NCBI GenBank assembly: GCA_050613775.1
Contig: JBODTK010000014.1
Location: 1,302,001-1,366,000 of the forward strand
DNA from: Neocallimastix sp. 'constans'
Taxonomy: Eukaryota
DNA length: 64,000 nt
Direction: 5' to 3'
Under the pieces are notes generated by a model, which saw only the letters and a program-made list of their open reading frames with translations, searched no databases and had not been told where the DNA came from. A program made the translations under genes and the position numbers. Each line of letters starts with the position of its first letter. Position 1 is the first letter of the stretch. Below, piece by piece: positions 1 through 14,408 of this stretch.

Positions 1-21
1 ATTATTATTTATTATTTATTA

Positions 22-60
<39 letters not shown>

Positions 61-265
61 TATTATTATTATTATTATTTGAAAAAGATTAAATATATAT
101 TTAATTGCATTAAACTTTTTATTTTCAAAAGTCTTTATTTTCATTTATATTTTAATTTCTTTGTTCAAGTCAATATTTTTTTTTGACCTTTTTAATTACA
201 CCTCTTTTCTTTACTTTTATCTTTACTTTCATTCCTCTTTCAATTATATTATATATATATATTTA

Positions 266-296
<31 letters not shown>

Positions 297-1060
297 TTAC
301 TTTTTCTAGTTTATTTTATTTTATTTTATTGTTATTAATACTTTATTCTTTATACTATTTCACCATTTATTTTATTTTATTTTATTTAAAATCATATTGA
401 AACCTTGTTTAATATAATTTTGAGGTTATATTTTAAAAATTTTCATTTAATGACCAAAACTAAACCATAAAAATTTTCCGTATATGAGCTAAAAATTAAT
501 TTGGACTTTAAAGTCTCTCTTTATATTATATTAAATATCAAGATATTGTTATATTAAACACTTTAAAAAAAATATATCATTTTTCTTATTTTTTTTTTAT
601 TCCCTACAATTATGGTTACAGATTGATTTTTTTTTCATAATTTTGGCTACGAATTTGACTTTTATCATCACAAATATGGTTACGCTACCAACTGACTTTT
701 TTTCTTTAAACCACAATTTAGATCATGAAATTCCTCCAAAGTTTTTAAAGTTATCTTTAATTATTAAAGTACCAATTTTAAAAATAAAAAAAAAAAAAAA
801 TTAAATTTTAACCAATAGAATTAATTTTTCTTAATGTTTTTTCTTATATTGAATTTATATTAATAAAATTATAATAAATGATATAATAAATCATTAATAT
901 AAATTTTACAAATATGGAAATAGTTTATTAGTAATAAAATATTTTTTTATATTGATTTACTTTTTATTCCATGTTAAATATATCATAATCGATTATAAAT
1001 ATGCTTTATTTTAATTTTAATTATTCCATTTTTAGACATGGCAATTTTAAAAATATCAAT

Positions 1061-1400
1061 AATAAATAATAAATAATAAATAATTAATAATAAATAATAA
1101 ATAATAAATAATAAATAATAAATAATAAATAATAAATAATAAATAATAAATAATAAATAATAAATAATAAATAATAAATAATAAATAATAAATAATAAAT
1201 AATAATAATAATAAATATTAAATAATAAAATAATAAATAATTGAATAATAAATAATAAATAATAAATAATAAATAATGGAATAATACATAATAAATAATA
1301 AATAATAAATAATAAATAAATAGATGAATAAATAATAAATAAGTAAATAAATAAATAACTAATAATACATAATTGAATAATAAAAAGTAAATAATAAATA
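1061..1400. repeat. (AATAAAT)n heptamer simple repeat, degenerating at its right end
   Basis: Direct reading of aataaat units; the complementary tract recurs near 33230-33330 and 63310-63470. Confidence 0.85.
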
Positions 1401-2194
1401 ATTGAATAATAATTATAATTTTTAAAAAAAAAAAAAAAAAAAAAAAAAGTTAAAATATATCAATAATTGTAGGCATAATTTTTATTGCTAATAAAAATGA
1501 GAAAGAATTTATTTTATAGAAAGATATCTATAAAAAAATTTTATAATGCACTATGATGATATCTTTAAATATTATTTATTAAATAATATTATTAACATAT
1601 GAATGATACTATATTTATAATTATATACATATTCAAAACTATAACATAAAAAAAGAATAAAAATAATTTTGTAGCTAAAGCTCTTTCATATTTCAAAAAA
1701 AAAAAAAAAAATAGATAATTATTAAGTAAAAACAAAAACAAAAACAAAAAAATTGAAAAATAATAACATATGTATAAAAGAAAATGATTAAATGAACTTT
1801 TCTTTCAACTATAGTAACTAATTATATGATTAAAATGAAATAAAGTGAATATTATATAAATGGATATATTTAAAATTATATTATAAAAAGAAGAAAAATT
1901 TTTAAAACAAAAGATAAAATAAAATAAAATAAAATAAAATAAAATAAAATAAAGGATAAGCATTTGATTTTTTTTTCCATTTTGAATTTGTTAAAAAATA
2001 AATAAATAAAAAAAAAAAAAAAAAAAAAAAAAGATGACTTTTGTTATTTTAATTTAAATAATATTTTATGAGAAATAGGAAATTGTATTTCATGATTATT
2101 AATATACTTTAAATATCATCTTTCTAATTATTATTGTAATAACCACATTAATTATTTAATAATATCAATTCATTAATAATATACATCACTATAA

Positions 2195-2239
<45 letters not shown>

Positions 2240-3811
2240 TAGAAATGAATAGGGTTTTTATTATTTTACACTAAAAATTATTTACAGTGTATTACTTCCT
2301 TTTTAATCCTTTTAAACCAAAATATATCTGTACTGGTTATAATTATATTATATAAATGATTATTTCATATAGTATTTGCTATTTTTATATATAGAAGGTC
2401 AACTTAAGTTATTATATTTTTCTTACTAATACTAATGGTAATTTCAATTTTTAGAGGTATTAATTATATATACTTTTATTGATTACTAAGTATCCCTTTC
2501 TTTTTTTTTTTTTTTTTTTTTTTATTCTTTACTTTTACTTCAATTCTTCGAGCTGCCTTTAATTTCTCTTATTTTTAATTTTTATTTTTATAATTTTTTT
2601 AATTTAAATTTGAAAAAAATTTGACAGATGAATTCTATATAATTTTAATTTATGCTATATTACATTACTAATATATGGAATATATCTATAATTAAATAAA
2701 CGTTAATTAAATCAAATCAATTGACATGATATAAATACTATATATGAATATATTAGCATAATGTTCCATAATATGCCAAATGATTTTTATATTAATGTAT
2801 TGTTTATTTAATTAATAATATATGTTATTATATACTAAATATATATTAAATATATTAGACAATATAAAGTAAAAAATTCCCTTTTGATTAAAAAAGTTAA
2901 TCTTTTCTATAATTTCCATATAATACCATATAATATTATATATAAATATTATATATAAATATTATATATGAATATTATATATGTAAATAATCCATTAAAT
3001 CTTAAAATTTAATAAAATAGATGAATAATAAATAATTGAATAATTAAATAACATATAACAATTAAAAGGGTATTTGTTAATAAACTATACATAAATAAAC
3101 ATAAATAATAAATAATAAATTTTTAAATAATAAATAATAGAAAGAGTATTTAATAATAAATAATTGAATAATGAATAATAATAAATAATAAAAAGAGTAT
3201 TTATTAATAAATAATAAATAATAAAAGGAAGTATTTATTAATATTAAATAATAAAAAAGAGTATTCATTAATAAATGTATAAATAATAATAAAAAAGAGT
3301 ATTTATTAATAAATGTATAAATAAATGAATAATAAATGATTATATGATGAGTGATTCAATATAATTATATAATAAATGATATATAATAATAGTTATATTA
3401 TTAATATTAATTTTAGTATTGTAACTATTTATTCCAATGTGTATTGTAATAATATTTTATATATATTGTTACATATATTAAATTAGTATTTTATATTGTT
3501 TTTGTTTCCTTGTGTGAAAAATGATAAAAAAAAAAAAAAATTAAGAAAAAAAAAAAAAATTAATTTTGATATAAAAAGTATAATTTTTCACTTATTATTC
3601 CTCTTTTTTTTTTATTTATTCATTTATTATTATCATAAATAATAAACTATTAAATAATTATATAAAAGTTAATAAAGAATTTTAACTTTTACTTGTAAAT
3701 AATATTATATAAAATAAAAATAAAGGTAAATTATTTATATTTATAATTTTGAGAAAAAAAATATTTGATAATATTAAAAAGGAATACATAAAAAAAATAA
3801 TAAAAAAGAAA

Positions 3812-3870
<59 letters not shown>

Positions 3871-4384
3871 AAGATTGATATTTAATAAATAAAATAAATT
3901 GTAAATAATAAATTATTTAAATATTTCAAATTGAAAAACTTAAAATATATATACATAAATGTAGAAAATAAAATAAATAATTATCTTTATTTATGATAAA
4001 GATAAAAAAAAATAATAAAATATAGTTTAATTATTGTAAAAAAATCAATATTAAAATAATAATAATAAAAAATAAGAATATAAAAATATAAAAAAAATAT
4101 ATATATATATATATATATATTAAGTAGATAGTAGCTTTATGAAATAAATATGAAATATATATATTCTTTTTTATGGAATACAAATAAATAAATAAATATA
4201 AATAAAATAAGTAAATAAAAAGGTTTTATATACTAAACTAACATTTTTTTATTTTTTTTTTTTTATTTTATATTATTACGATATATCGTAACGATTAATT
4301 TTTTTTTTTTCAATTATTATTAAAATATATAAAGTTATATATATAATTTGAATAAATAGATATATAAATATATTCATATTCGAA

Positions 4385-5425
4385 ATGAGTTCTATTGTTG
4401 ATCTTAACAAAATTTTCATTTTAACTCCAGAAAAGGCTACACCAGAAATTGCTGCCGAATGTATGGAATATATTATGACTGGTAAGGCTACTGATGCTCA
4501 AATTGCTGCCTTCCTTTTATCTTTACGTTTCAACAAGTTCGACCTTGACTCAAAATACATTGCTGCTTGTGCTAAGATTATGCGTTCTAAGGCTGTTATT
4601 GTTGATACTGGTGATTACGCAGACAAAATTGTTGATATTGTCGGTACTGGTGGTGATGGTCATGATACCTACAATGTTTCTACTACTGCTGGTCTTATTG
4701 CCGCTGCTGCTGGTTGTTACGTTACCAAGCACGGTAATGTTGCTGCCTCCTCCAAATCTGGAGCTGCCAACATTTTAGAATCTGCTGGTGTAAAGATTAG
4801 AAACATTAAGCCAGATATGATTAAGGGAATGATCGAAAATAACAACTACTGTTTCTTATTCGCTCAAACCTACCACCCAGCTATGAGATTCGTTGGTCCA
4901 GTTAGAAAGCAATTAGTTGTTTCTACTATCTTCAACTACTTAGGTCCATTAACTAACCCATGTCAAACTAAGAGAATGGTTGTTGGTGTTCACTCTACCT
5001 ACTTAGGACAAATTATTGCTGAAGCTTTAATGTACTCTGGTGTTGAAAGAGGTTGGGTTATTTGTGGTGATGAAGGTTTAGATGAAATCAGTCCAGAATG
5101 TGATACCCATGTCTGGGAAATTGAAAACGGTAGTATTACTAAAAAGATGATTTCTCCAGAAGATTTCGGTGTTGAAAGAGCTCCATTAAATTCTGACATT
5201 ATGAGAGGTGGTGATGCCGATCACAACGCTAAGATCTTAAAGCAACTTTTCAATAATGAAAAGAAGGATGCCCTTCTCGATTGGGTTTTAATGAACGCTA
5301 GTGCCTTATGTTACATTGCTGGTGTTGGTAGTTCTCTTAAGGAATGTATGAAGATTGCCAGAGATGCTGTTGAAAGTGGTAAGGCTAAGGCTGTTCTTGA
5401 AAATTTAATTAAGGAAACTCAATAA
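4385..5425 (+). CDS. TRP4: Anthranilate phosphoribosyltransferase (TrpD/Trp4), intronless, 346 aa
   Basis: Motifs DIVGTGGDG, NVST, KHGN, SSKSGAA, YHPAM, FNYLGPLTNP and GLDEISP; strongly biased codons (aag, ggt, cca, ttc) typical of a well-expressed gene. Confidence 0.97.
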   Translation: MSSIVDLNKIFILTPEKATPEIAAECMEYIMTGKATDAQIAAFLLSLRFNKFDLDSKYIAACAKIMRSKAVIVDTGDYADKIVDIVGTGGDGHDTYNVSTTAGLIAAAAGCYVTKHGNVAASSKSGAANILESAGVKIRNIKPDMIKGMIENNNYCFLFAQTYHPAMRFVGPVRKQLVVSTIFNYLGPLTNPCQTKRMVVGVHSTYLGQIIAEALMYSGVERGWVICGDEGLDEISPECDTHVWEIENGSITKKMISPEDFGVERAPLNSDIMRGGDADHNAKILKQLFNNEKKDALLDWVLMNASALCYIAGVGSSLKECMKIARDAVESGKAKAVLENLIKETQ

Positions 5426-7288
5426 ATGAATGTTTTATAAAGAGAGAGAAAAAAAATAAAAGAAGAAAAGAAAAGAAAATTAAAATAAAAAAACTAATTT
5501 TTTAATACCTTTTTTTTATGACCAAAAATCAAATTGTCTTTTTTTTTTTTTTTTTAATTTTTTTATAAATAATTATAAAAAAAAAAAAAGTGAAAGTTAG
5601 AAAAAAAAAAAAGAAAAAAACAATTTAATAAAATGTTTATTCAAATTTATGTATAATAATTAAATTAAGTTTTTTATTAATCATAAAATAGTAATTCAAA
5701 TTTTATATATATTTTTAAAAAAAAAAAAAAAAAAGAAAGAAAGAAAAAAGCATATATATATATATATATATATAAATATAATATATTTTCTTTAAAGTTT
5801 AAAAATTTAAGAAAATATTAAATCTAACAAAAAAAATCAAATAAAAAATAAAAACATTTATAATATGATTATTTAAATAATAAAAGTAATAAAAAAAGAT
5901 GTTTTTATTTTTTAATATAAAAAGTAGAAAGTAAAAAAGAATATTGTTTTATATTTTTTAAAAAAAAATGCTAGAATAACAAAAAAAAAAAAAAAAAGAA
6001 GCTGGAATAACAAAGAAAAAAAAATATAAATAAAGTATGATAGATTTAAATAATTAAAATAAATAAATATGTAAATAATTGTTCATTTTTATTATTATTA
6101 TTATTAATTTTTTAAGTGTATAAAAAAAAAATAAAAATATATATATATATTAATAATTTTTGAAAACTAGAGAAATAATTAAAGTTAAACAGTTTAAAAC
6201 TTTTTGTAAATAGTTCAATTATTTAAAAGAACGAAAATGCTAATAGTAATAATTAATGATTATAAATGAATATAAAAATAAATAATTTTTAAGTATTAAC
6301 CTATAATTATAATAATAATTAATAATAATAATAATAAAAGAATATTAATATTAATATTAATATTTATAATAATAATAATAATTATAATTATAAAGAATAA
6401 TAATAAAAGAATGGCTTTTATTATTTTTTATTATTATTATTATTATTATAATTTCAATTCAATTAAAAATTATTAAAAATTTTGTTTCATTTATTTATTC
6501 ATTTATTTATTTATTCATTCATTCATACATTAATTAAAAATTTTTAAATTAATTTTGATAAGATAAAGGATAAATTTATTATTGGTTATAAAAAATTGGT
6601 AAATGGTTAGTTAACTTACTTCCAATAATGAAATGGCAAAATTTAAATAAAAAATAATTGATAACAAAATTTTTATATTAATTAAAGTTTGATAGTTCAT
6701 CAATTAATCAATAAATTAACCAATAAAAAAAATACTCAAATAATTTAAAAAAATTATGAGATAGATGATAAATATATGTGTGTTTTACATAGATTAATGA
6801 ATATATCATTATACTCATTTTATTATATTTATTATTTAGTATTGAGTATTACTTATTAATTATTAATTATTACTTATTATTTATTACTTATTTATTATTT
6901 AATTATCTATTATTTGTTTTTTATTATTTATTATTTATTATATATTTATTTATTTTATTATTTATTTATTATTATTTATTTAATTATTTTTTTATTATTT
7001 ATTTATTATTATTTATTTATTTTATTATTTATTTATTATTATTAATTATTTAAATTATCATTTAATTATTTATTATTTAATTATTCCATTATTTATTATT
7101 TATTATTCTATTATTCCATTATTTATTAGTTATACAATTATTCAAATATATATAAACAACCAAGAATAAAAAATATGGAAAATTTATTAAATAAAATTAT
7201 TGATTCCAATTTTTATTTATTATAAATTAATTTTTATACTATTCAATCATTTCTTCATTTCTTTAAATATATTGACAATATTTATATA

Positions 7289-7467
7289 TACAACATAGGA
7301 TAATCATATAAATAGAATTAATTATAATAATTATAATATATATAAGTTATAAAATAAATAGCAATTATAATATTAATACAACATAGGATAATCATATAAA
7401 TAGAATTAATTATAATAATTATAATATATATAAGTTATAAAATAAATAGCAATTATAATATTAATAA
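7289..7467. repeat. Near-perfect tandem duplication, about 88-bp unit x2
   Basis: caacataggataatcatataaatagaatt...gcaattataatattaat begins at 7291 and again at 7379. Confidence 0.9.
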
Positions 7468-8163
7468 TTATAAAAGAAATAACAATTATTTTAAAAGATA
7501 TTATTATAATATTAATAATTTTGAAAGTAATAATTTTTAGAATATATGAATGTTTTATAAATATAAATATACGAAAACAATTTTTATTTTACAGGCTAAG
7601 TTGTTTTAAGCAAATTTAACTAAGATAATAATTTCTGTTCATTTCTTATTCTAATGTAGTAATTTAATTATAGAAATTAATAATAATTAAATTATTAGCT
7701 ACAACTTAATAATAACGTAAAATAAAAATTATTATTAAATTGAGAAAAATTAAAAGATAATTATATCTATCTCTTAATTAGTAAAGAGTTTATTATAACA
7801 AATTATAATAAACTAATAACACAGAATTGTTAAAAAGAAAATGTTTTATTTTATTTTGTTTTTAATTTGTTTTATTAAATCCTGTTTTACTAAAACAGAA
7901 ATATAAAATGTTTATTATTGTTATTATGATATTATACTTGTTACATTAATAACTCGGGTTTTCTCAAAGAGAACTCAAGAATTTTATATATACCTTTTTT
8001 TTCAAAAATAAGGTCAAATATAAAATATGTTTTCTAATCTTAATAAATCTCTTATTGAGAAAAGGATTGGATAGAAAAACCAAGATAAGTTTTCAATGGA
8101 TATTCTATCTATATCGATCATCGCATTAATTAAGTAAAACAGATTACTTTTAAGAAGTGATTG

Positions 8164-8205
<42 letters not shown>

Positions 8206-8237
8206 AATGAACAGATTCTCTTATCTAATCTAATGAT

Positions 8238-8478
8238 TAAAAATAAAATAATAAAATAATAAAATAATAAAATAATAAAATAATAAAATAATAAAATAAT
8301 AAAATAATAAAATAATAAAATAATAAAATAATAAAATAATAAAATAATAAAATAATAAAATAATAAAATAATAAAATAATAAAATAATAAAATAATAAAA
8401 TAATAAAATAATAAAATAATAAAATAATAAAATAATAAAATAATAAAATAATAAAATAATAAAATAATAAAATAATAA
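8238..8478. repeat. (AAAATAAT)n octamer microsatellite, about 30 units
   Basis: Direct reading; it generates the spurious (FYYFIILL)n ORF at 8237-8494. Confidence 0.95.
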
Positions 8479-8615
8479 AAAATATTTCGATCATAAAAAT
8501 ATATACTTATCCTTTTAGTTCCTTTTTTAAGAACTTTACATTATAAGAAAAATAGAACATTAATAATAAGTTTTATTAAGACTAATACTAAGAATTAATG
8601 TTATCGTTATAATTA

Positions 8616-9330
8616 ATTCAAAAAACTGAAAATATTGAATGAAACATATGAACGTTTAAATGAGACAAAGCGAAAGTAGGGGAGTGAGAGATCGAGCACG
8701 TAACGTAGTGAAGCTGCGTAGAGGCTCGAGATCACCCGAGAGTGAGCGTAGTCGAATCAGTGAATGAAGTTGAATGAAAATATTGAGTTTTTTTGAATAT
8801 TTAAAATCATATGATTTTAAGCATATATTTGTATAAAAACCATATCATTTTACATTTATTAATATAGACTCTAGAAATTATACATATATCAACAGTATAG
8901 TTTTTAGCATATATATAGCATAAAACCCTATTGTTTATTAAGAATTTGGAGCCTATATTAATTGATGATAAAAACAGCTATGATTATATATAAACCATAT
9001 ATGTTTTGAATGTTCAATAAACCATAAAACCTTGATATTTTAATTAACAATATAGCTAAGTTGATCAATAAAGCATATAGCTTTTATAACTCATTAAACA
9101 ATTTAGCTGTATGATTTATATATAAACAATATGGTTTTATCGTTAATTGAACAATATAGCTGTAATGTTTATATAAACCATATAGTTTTATCATTAATAT
9201 TAGCAATATATGCATATGTTTAATTAATTAACAACATAGCTTTCTTGAATATTAATAATAATATAAGCATATATTGCTAATATATGTATATTTATGCTAT
9301 GTTTATGCTAAAACTATGAAAATATATGAT
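8616..9330. mobile_element. Putative non-autonomous DNA element: GC-rich fold-back island followed by repeated aaac(c/a)atat(a/g)gtttt motifs
   Basis: Inverted repeat attcaaaaaact (8616) / agtttttttgaat (8786-8798) brackets a GC island with stem tcgagc (8692) / gctcga (8724); at least 5 semi-palindromic motifs lie between 8835 and 9190. Confidence 0.4.
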
Positions 9331-9563
9331 TATTTATTTTATTTTAAAATTTTTAATGAATTTCAACTGAATAGAATTTTTACTATTAAATAAACTTTTT
9401 AGAATGAAAAAAAATATTATTTAATTATAATATAGGGGTAAAATGATTATGAATAAATAATAACAATGGATATTTAACAATAATAATAAACAATAATTAT
9501 AAATAATTAAATAATAAGAAGAAAGAATTATTATTATTGCTTATTTTCATCATAAATATTGTT

Positions 9564-9623
<60 letters not shown>

Positions 9624-10669
9624 AATAAATAAATAAATAATAAATAAGAAAAAAAAAATAAATGACAATAATGATAATAATAATCAATAATCAATAAAAA
9701 TAAAGAAGAAATAGTTATAATAATAATAATAATAATCCTCTTCATCATCAGCATTTAATAATAATAATTATAATAATAACAATAATAATGAAAATAATAA
9801 TCAATAATCAATGAATTTGAAAAGAAGAAATGATGATAATCATTCTCATCATCATTATAATTTAGAATTATAAACAATAATAAAACAAATATTATTTGTA
9901 TAATATATTATAATAAAATAGATAAATAAATCAAATACTTTAATTCATATAAAATTTATATATTTCTATATATTAGAATATATAATTAATATAATACCTA
10001 TTTCTTATAAATAGATTAAATTATTTCTATTAGAAATAGAGAACTCTCTTGTAAATTTTTAGGAATTAGAATTATTATTTTAATTGTACGAATATTATAA
10101 TTTTATTAATAAAATTTACTAAACAGCCGTTGTTAAAAAACCCACTCTAACCTCTTTCATTGTGTCTAGAATTTCCTATTAATATTTACTAATGTACCGT
10201 TACAAAAAAATTTTTAAAATTTACAATATGGAATGTATTACAATAATATATTTTATAATAATTTTAATTTATATTTATTTACATCATTATTAATAAATAT
10301 AGATATATTGATATAAATATTTATAATTTAATATATGTGTGTAAAAAAAACATTATTAACAAAAATATTAATATATTTAGTGTAAAGTGACATTATTTTT
10401 TTTTACTATATATAAATATATACAGTAAAAAAAATTTTTTTTTTTATAGCCTGCAATTATTGTGAACTTTAATCTTTATTTATTTATTCTTATATAAAAT
10501 ACATGAATACTTTTAATTTTAATAAAAAATAAAAAAAAACATAGAATTAATAAAATAAATAAATATTATTTGTCCCATTTGAACATAATAATAAATGAAA
10601 TAGTAACGTGAAATAAAATGTAAAAATCAAAAATAAGTGTATAAATAAATTCATAAAAAATTCATAGGC

Positions 10670-11652
10670 AACGAACCTCACCTCCTTATGGATTAGGGTT
10701 TGAATTGACTATCTGAAAGAAATTATGGTCTTCTCCTTCAGAGGCATTGGCCCTGCTAGCCTGTCTTACTGCATTTTCAGCGTTGACGCTCCTGGTTTAA
10801 TTTGCCCTTATACTTTCGGAATAGTAACCCTTGCCGAGTACTAGCCCGAGGCATAATTTCTGTAAAAGAGAGCCCGCAGATCACACCAAATATGGTGTTT
10901 TTGAATAATCACCAGAAATGATTTGGTTCTTAAACAAAATGTTCCATTCCTTTTTTATAATTTAAATCTATTATATCTGCATCCCTTCCACCAAGAAGAA
11001 AGTTATGTAATCGATACCACGTCACATATATATTTACACACTCATTAATTATTCAGAAAATTACATAAATTACCACGATTTTCACCAATTGAACTATTCA
11101 CTAAATTAGGAGTAACGATATTATAATTTTTCATTATCACTAATATTAATATTGCTATTTTCACTATCACTATTTCTACAATTATTAACAATATTATTTC
11201 TATTGTTAATATTATTAATATTATATTCTTCGTTACTACTATCAGAATCAGAACTTAATTCTATATTATTCATATCTGTGATAACAGTGTCTACATTACA
11301 ATTAGATATTGGACAATATTTAGAAATAATATAAAGTATTTCATAAAGAATTTCAATATACTTAAAATATTTCATTCGAAATTCACAGAAAAAGATAGCA
11401 TTTAGAAAACCAATGTTCCAATCGAGGATTACTATTTTTTCTATAACAACAAGGACACCTTTTCAGGACAATCTTCTTCAATCATTTTGGCGGCTTTGAC
11501 AACACGAGCATCGAATTTATATCCACATCTGGCACGAAGTACCCATCTGAAAGCCAATGCTAAATTCAGGATATTTTTATAATTTAGCTTAGGATACTCT
11601 CTGGTTTTCTCAAAATTATTATTTTTATATGCCTTAGCTTTGATTGATTTGT
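10670..11652 (-). mobile_element. 5'-truncated, degenerate non-LTR retrotransposon (LINE) 3' end
   Basis: Manual minus-strand translation across frameshifts gives FRWVLRARCGY...EEDCPE-CPCCYRKNSNPRLEHWFSKC (CCHC-type C-terminal zinc finger), continuing into ORF 11121-11375 and ...LHNFLLGGR; the sequence stops abruptly at an (AAT)n tract at 11653. Confidence 0.7.
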
Positions 11653-11659
11653 AAAAAAA

Positions 11660-11702
<43 letters not shown>

Positions 11703-12456
11703 TAATAATATAATAAAATATATAATAAATATAATAAATATAATAAATAAAATAAATATAATAAATATTAAATTAATAATAATAAATAATAAAACAAATA
11801 ATTACATATAGTAATAAATAAAATAATTTATAATATTCCATAAAAATTTTTTTTGATAACTTTATTTTAACCACAGCACTATAACACATTACCTCTTTAA
11901 TTACAATAATTACTATTTATTTTATAAGCTATTTTTTTTTTATATTATTATTTTATTATTTTATTATTTTATTTTTTATTTTTTATTATTTTATTTTTTT
12001 ATTTTTTATTATTTTATTTTTTATTTTTTATTTTTTTATTTTTTTTATTTTATTTTATTTTATTTTTTATTCGTTTAATTTCATTATATTATTTTAATTT
12101 TTTAAATACTATATTAATTTGTTTGTTACAAATTATACATTATATAAATAAATAATACAGCTATATATGCATAATATTTGTATATATTATGCATAACATA
12201 ATTATATTATTAATATAATTAGTTATATACCAATTCATATATTTTATTCAATATATATTCAATATATGATTTTATAAATATATTTTGCGTATATAATAAT
12301 TGCATCTATTTACTAATTATTTGTAGGTTTACCATTTTTATTTATTATTTATTTTATTAGTATATTTAATACTCTATTTTATCTATTTTTATCTAATTTT
12401 ATTTTTTTTTTTTTTTTTTTTTTTATTAAATAATTAATAAATTATTTTATTTTTAT

Positions 12457-14249
12457 TTAATTACAAATACCGAAAACAGATTGACATCCTGACCCACAGT
12501 GTTTGCTTGAAGTACCACAGTATCCGTATTTGGAACAACATTGGTTCTTACCACATTTTATATTTCCGGCTTCAACACCACATCCATAATAAATATTATC
12601 AGCGGAGTAAACTAAATGTTTACCATTATTAATAAAGTAATTGTTACTATCACTGGAGAGTCCACTAATGGCATCTTTAAGAGCAATCTTCTTTAAATAT
12701 TTCAACATGGATTGGGTATTATAATTTGTGTTTGGTTGTTCACTCATAATTGTTGCAGCTACACCAGCTACAATAGGAGATGATATAGATGTTCCACTTA
12801 TCTTTGAAATAAAGGTTTTGAAGTCCCGATCATTATATAAAACTTTTGCTTTATATGGAGCGTAAATATCAACGCATTCGCCGTAATTTGAATTTGGGGC
12901 CTTTCTATAGTTATCGTTTCTCATTTCATCCATACTAGTAGCAAAATTATCAATACCACCAACACAAATAACATTCTTTGAATAACAATACATTTTATGT
13001 GTGCTACTACTGTAAGTTAATTTTTCATTTTTATTACCAGCAGATACAACTACAACAGCTTTTTTAGAAATTTCAGCAATTAAATCTAAAATGTATTCTG
13101 ATTCTAGTCGTTCTGATTTAGGATTACCATCACTCCATTGATATCCTTGAGAAATATTTACTACTGTTTTATATGGTCTTATTAATTTACTTTTAATAGT
13201 TTCTAATGCAGCAATAATATTTGAATGGGTAATATATCCATCTTCTTCTCCATTGTGATCATATAAAACACCATATACATTTGCTTTTGGAGCTACACCG
13301 GCTGTTAAACCTGCTGCAGCATCAGCAACCTTTGTTCCATGACTGTTTTCATCTTCACCGAAGCAATATTTTTTTTAGAATTATTTCTTGCTTTAGCATC
13401 TTTAACATAATAAGCACATTCAACTCTACGATTATTACCTTCAAATTCGGAGAATTCGAAATTAAATTGAGTATCTAATATAACAATATCAATATCTTTA
13501 CCTCCTGAACTTGGATAATAATAAGTATTATCATATTTATGTACTCTCTTTTCATTAAATTCACCTTGTGAAATTACTGATAAATGTGTTGTTACATCAT
13601 TTCTTACGGCTAGATTATTCCAGTTAGTTTCCCTTAACACCTCATTTTTATTGTAATCAAGTGTATGCTTTATTTTTCTATCGGGTTGACAACTAATTAC
13701 TTGTGGCATGGTATCCACAGTTTCAGATATACTATTAGAAAGGTAAGCGTATAAAACAGTTTTTTCTGAAGTTGAAGAAATTTTAAAAACGTAATTTGAA
13801 TTTCCGTAATCAAAAGCATATGGATCTTGTCCGTCTCTTTTTCTCAATTGAGCTGCTTCATCGTCTAATTCATCTAATTTTTTTGGATTTACATAAGAAT
13901 CTTTATTTCCGACAATTAAAGCATTAATTTCATCAATAAGCCCCTCGATATACATATCATTTAATTCACGCTTCATTTTTGAATTTTCAATAGTGGTATC
14001 ATTTGTTTTATAATTTTCAACAATAATTAAATAAAATTGATCTTTATTTTCGGCGGTTGGATTTTGGAATGGTTTTTGAGGTGGACCTTGAAGTGCTTTA
14101 GGAATTGGATGAGGAATTACTTTTGGTTGTGGGTTTGATGATTTAAAACGATTTTTGTTGCCATAAATTACGTTATGATAGGCATTGGCAACATCAAATA
14201 AATATGAGATAATACCTAATAAGAAGTATAAATTAATTTGCATTTTCAT
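12457..14249 (-). CDS. Secreted subtilisin-like S8 peptidase with C-terminal hevein/CBM18 chitin-binding domain; one frameshift at a T8 run (13369-13376)
   Basis: Signal peptide and prodomain; ILDT (Asp), SHGTKVA (His), VSAGN (oxyanion Asn), SGTSISSP (Ser); C-terminal CGKNQCCSKYGYCGTSSKHCGSGCQSVFGIC. Adding one A to the homopolymer joins ORFs 13305-14249 and 12457-12993. Confidence 0.9.
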
Positions 14250-14303
14250 TTTGTTATTTTTTATTATATTTATTTTTTAAAATAAATTAGGGGTAAATAT
14301 TTC

Positions 14304-14408
<105 letters not shown>

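Noticed and set aside
4494..5199. Overlapping alternative-frame or antisense ORFs in TRP4; likewise 25565-25882, 26312-26584, 36543-36755, 40445-40716, 48458-48767, 58955-59137
   Set aside because: Shadows of real genes, explained by codon bias or repeats.
4385..5425. Bacterial horizontal origin of the intronless TRP4
   Set aside because: The N-terminal region and GLDEISP/LDWVLMNASAL context look fungal Trp4-like to me; lack of introns alone is not evidence. A phylogeny would be needed.
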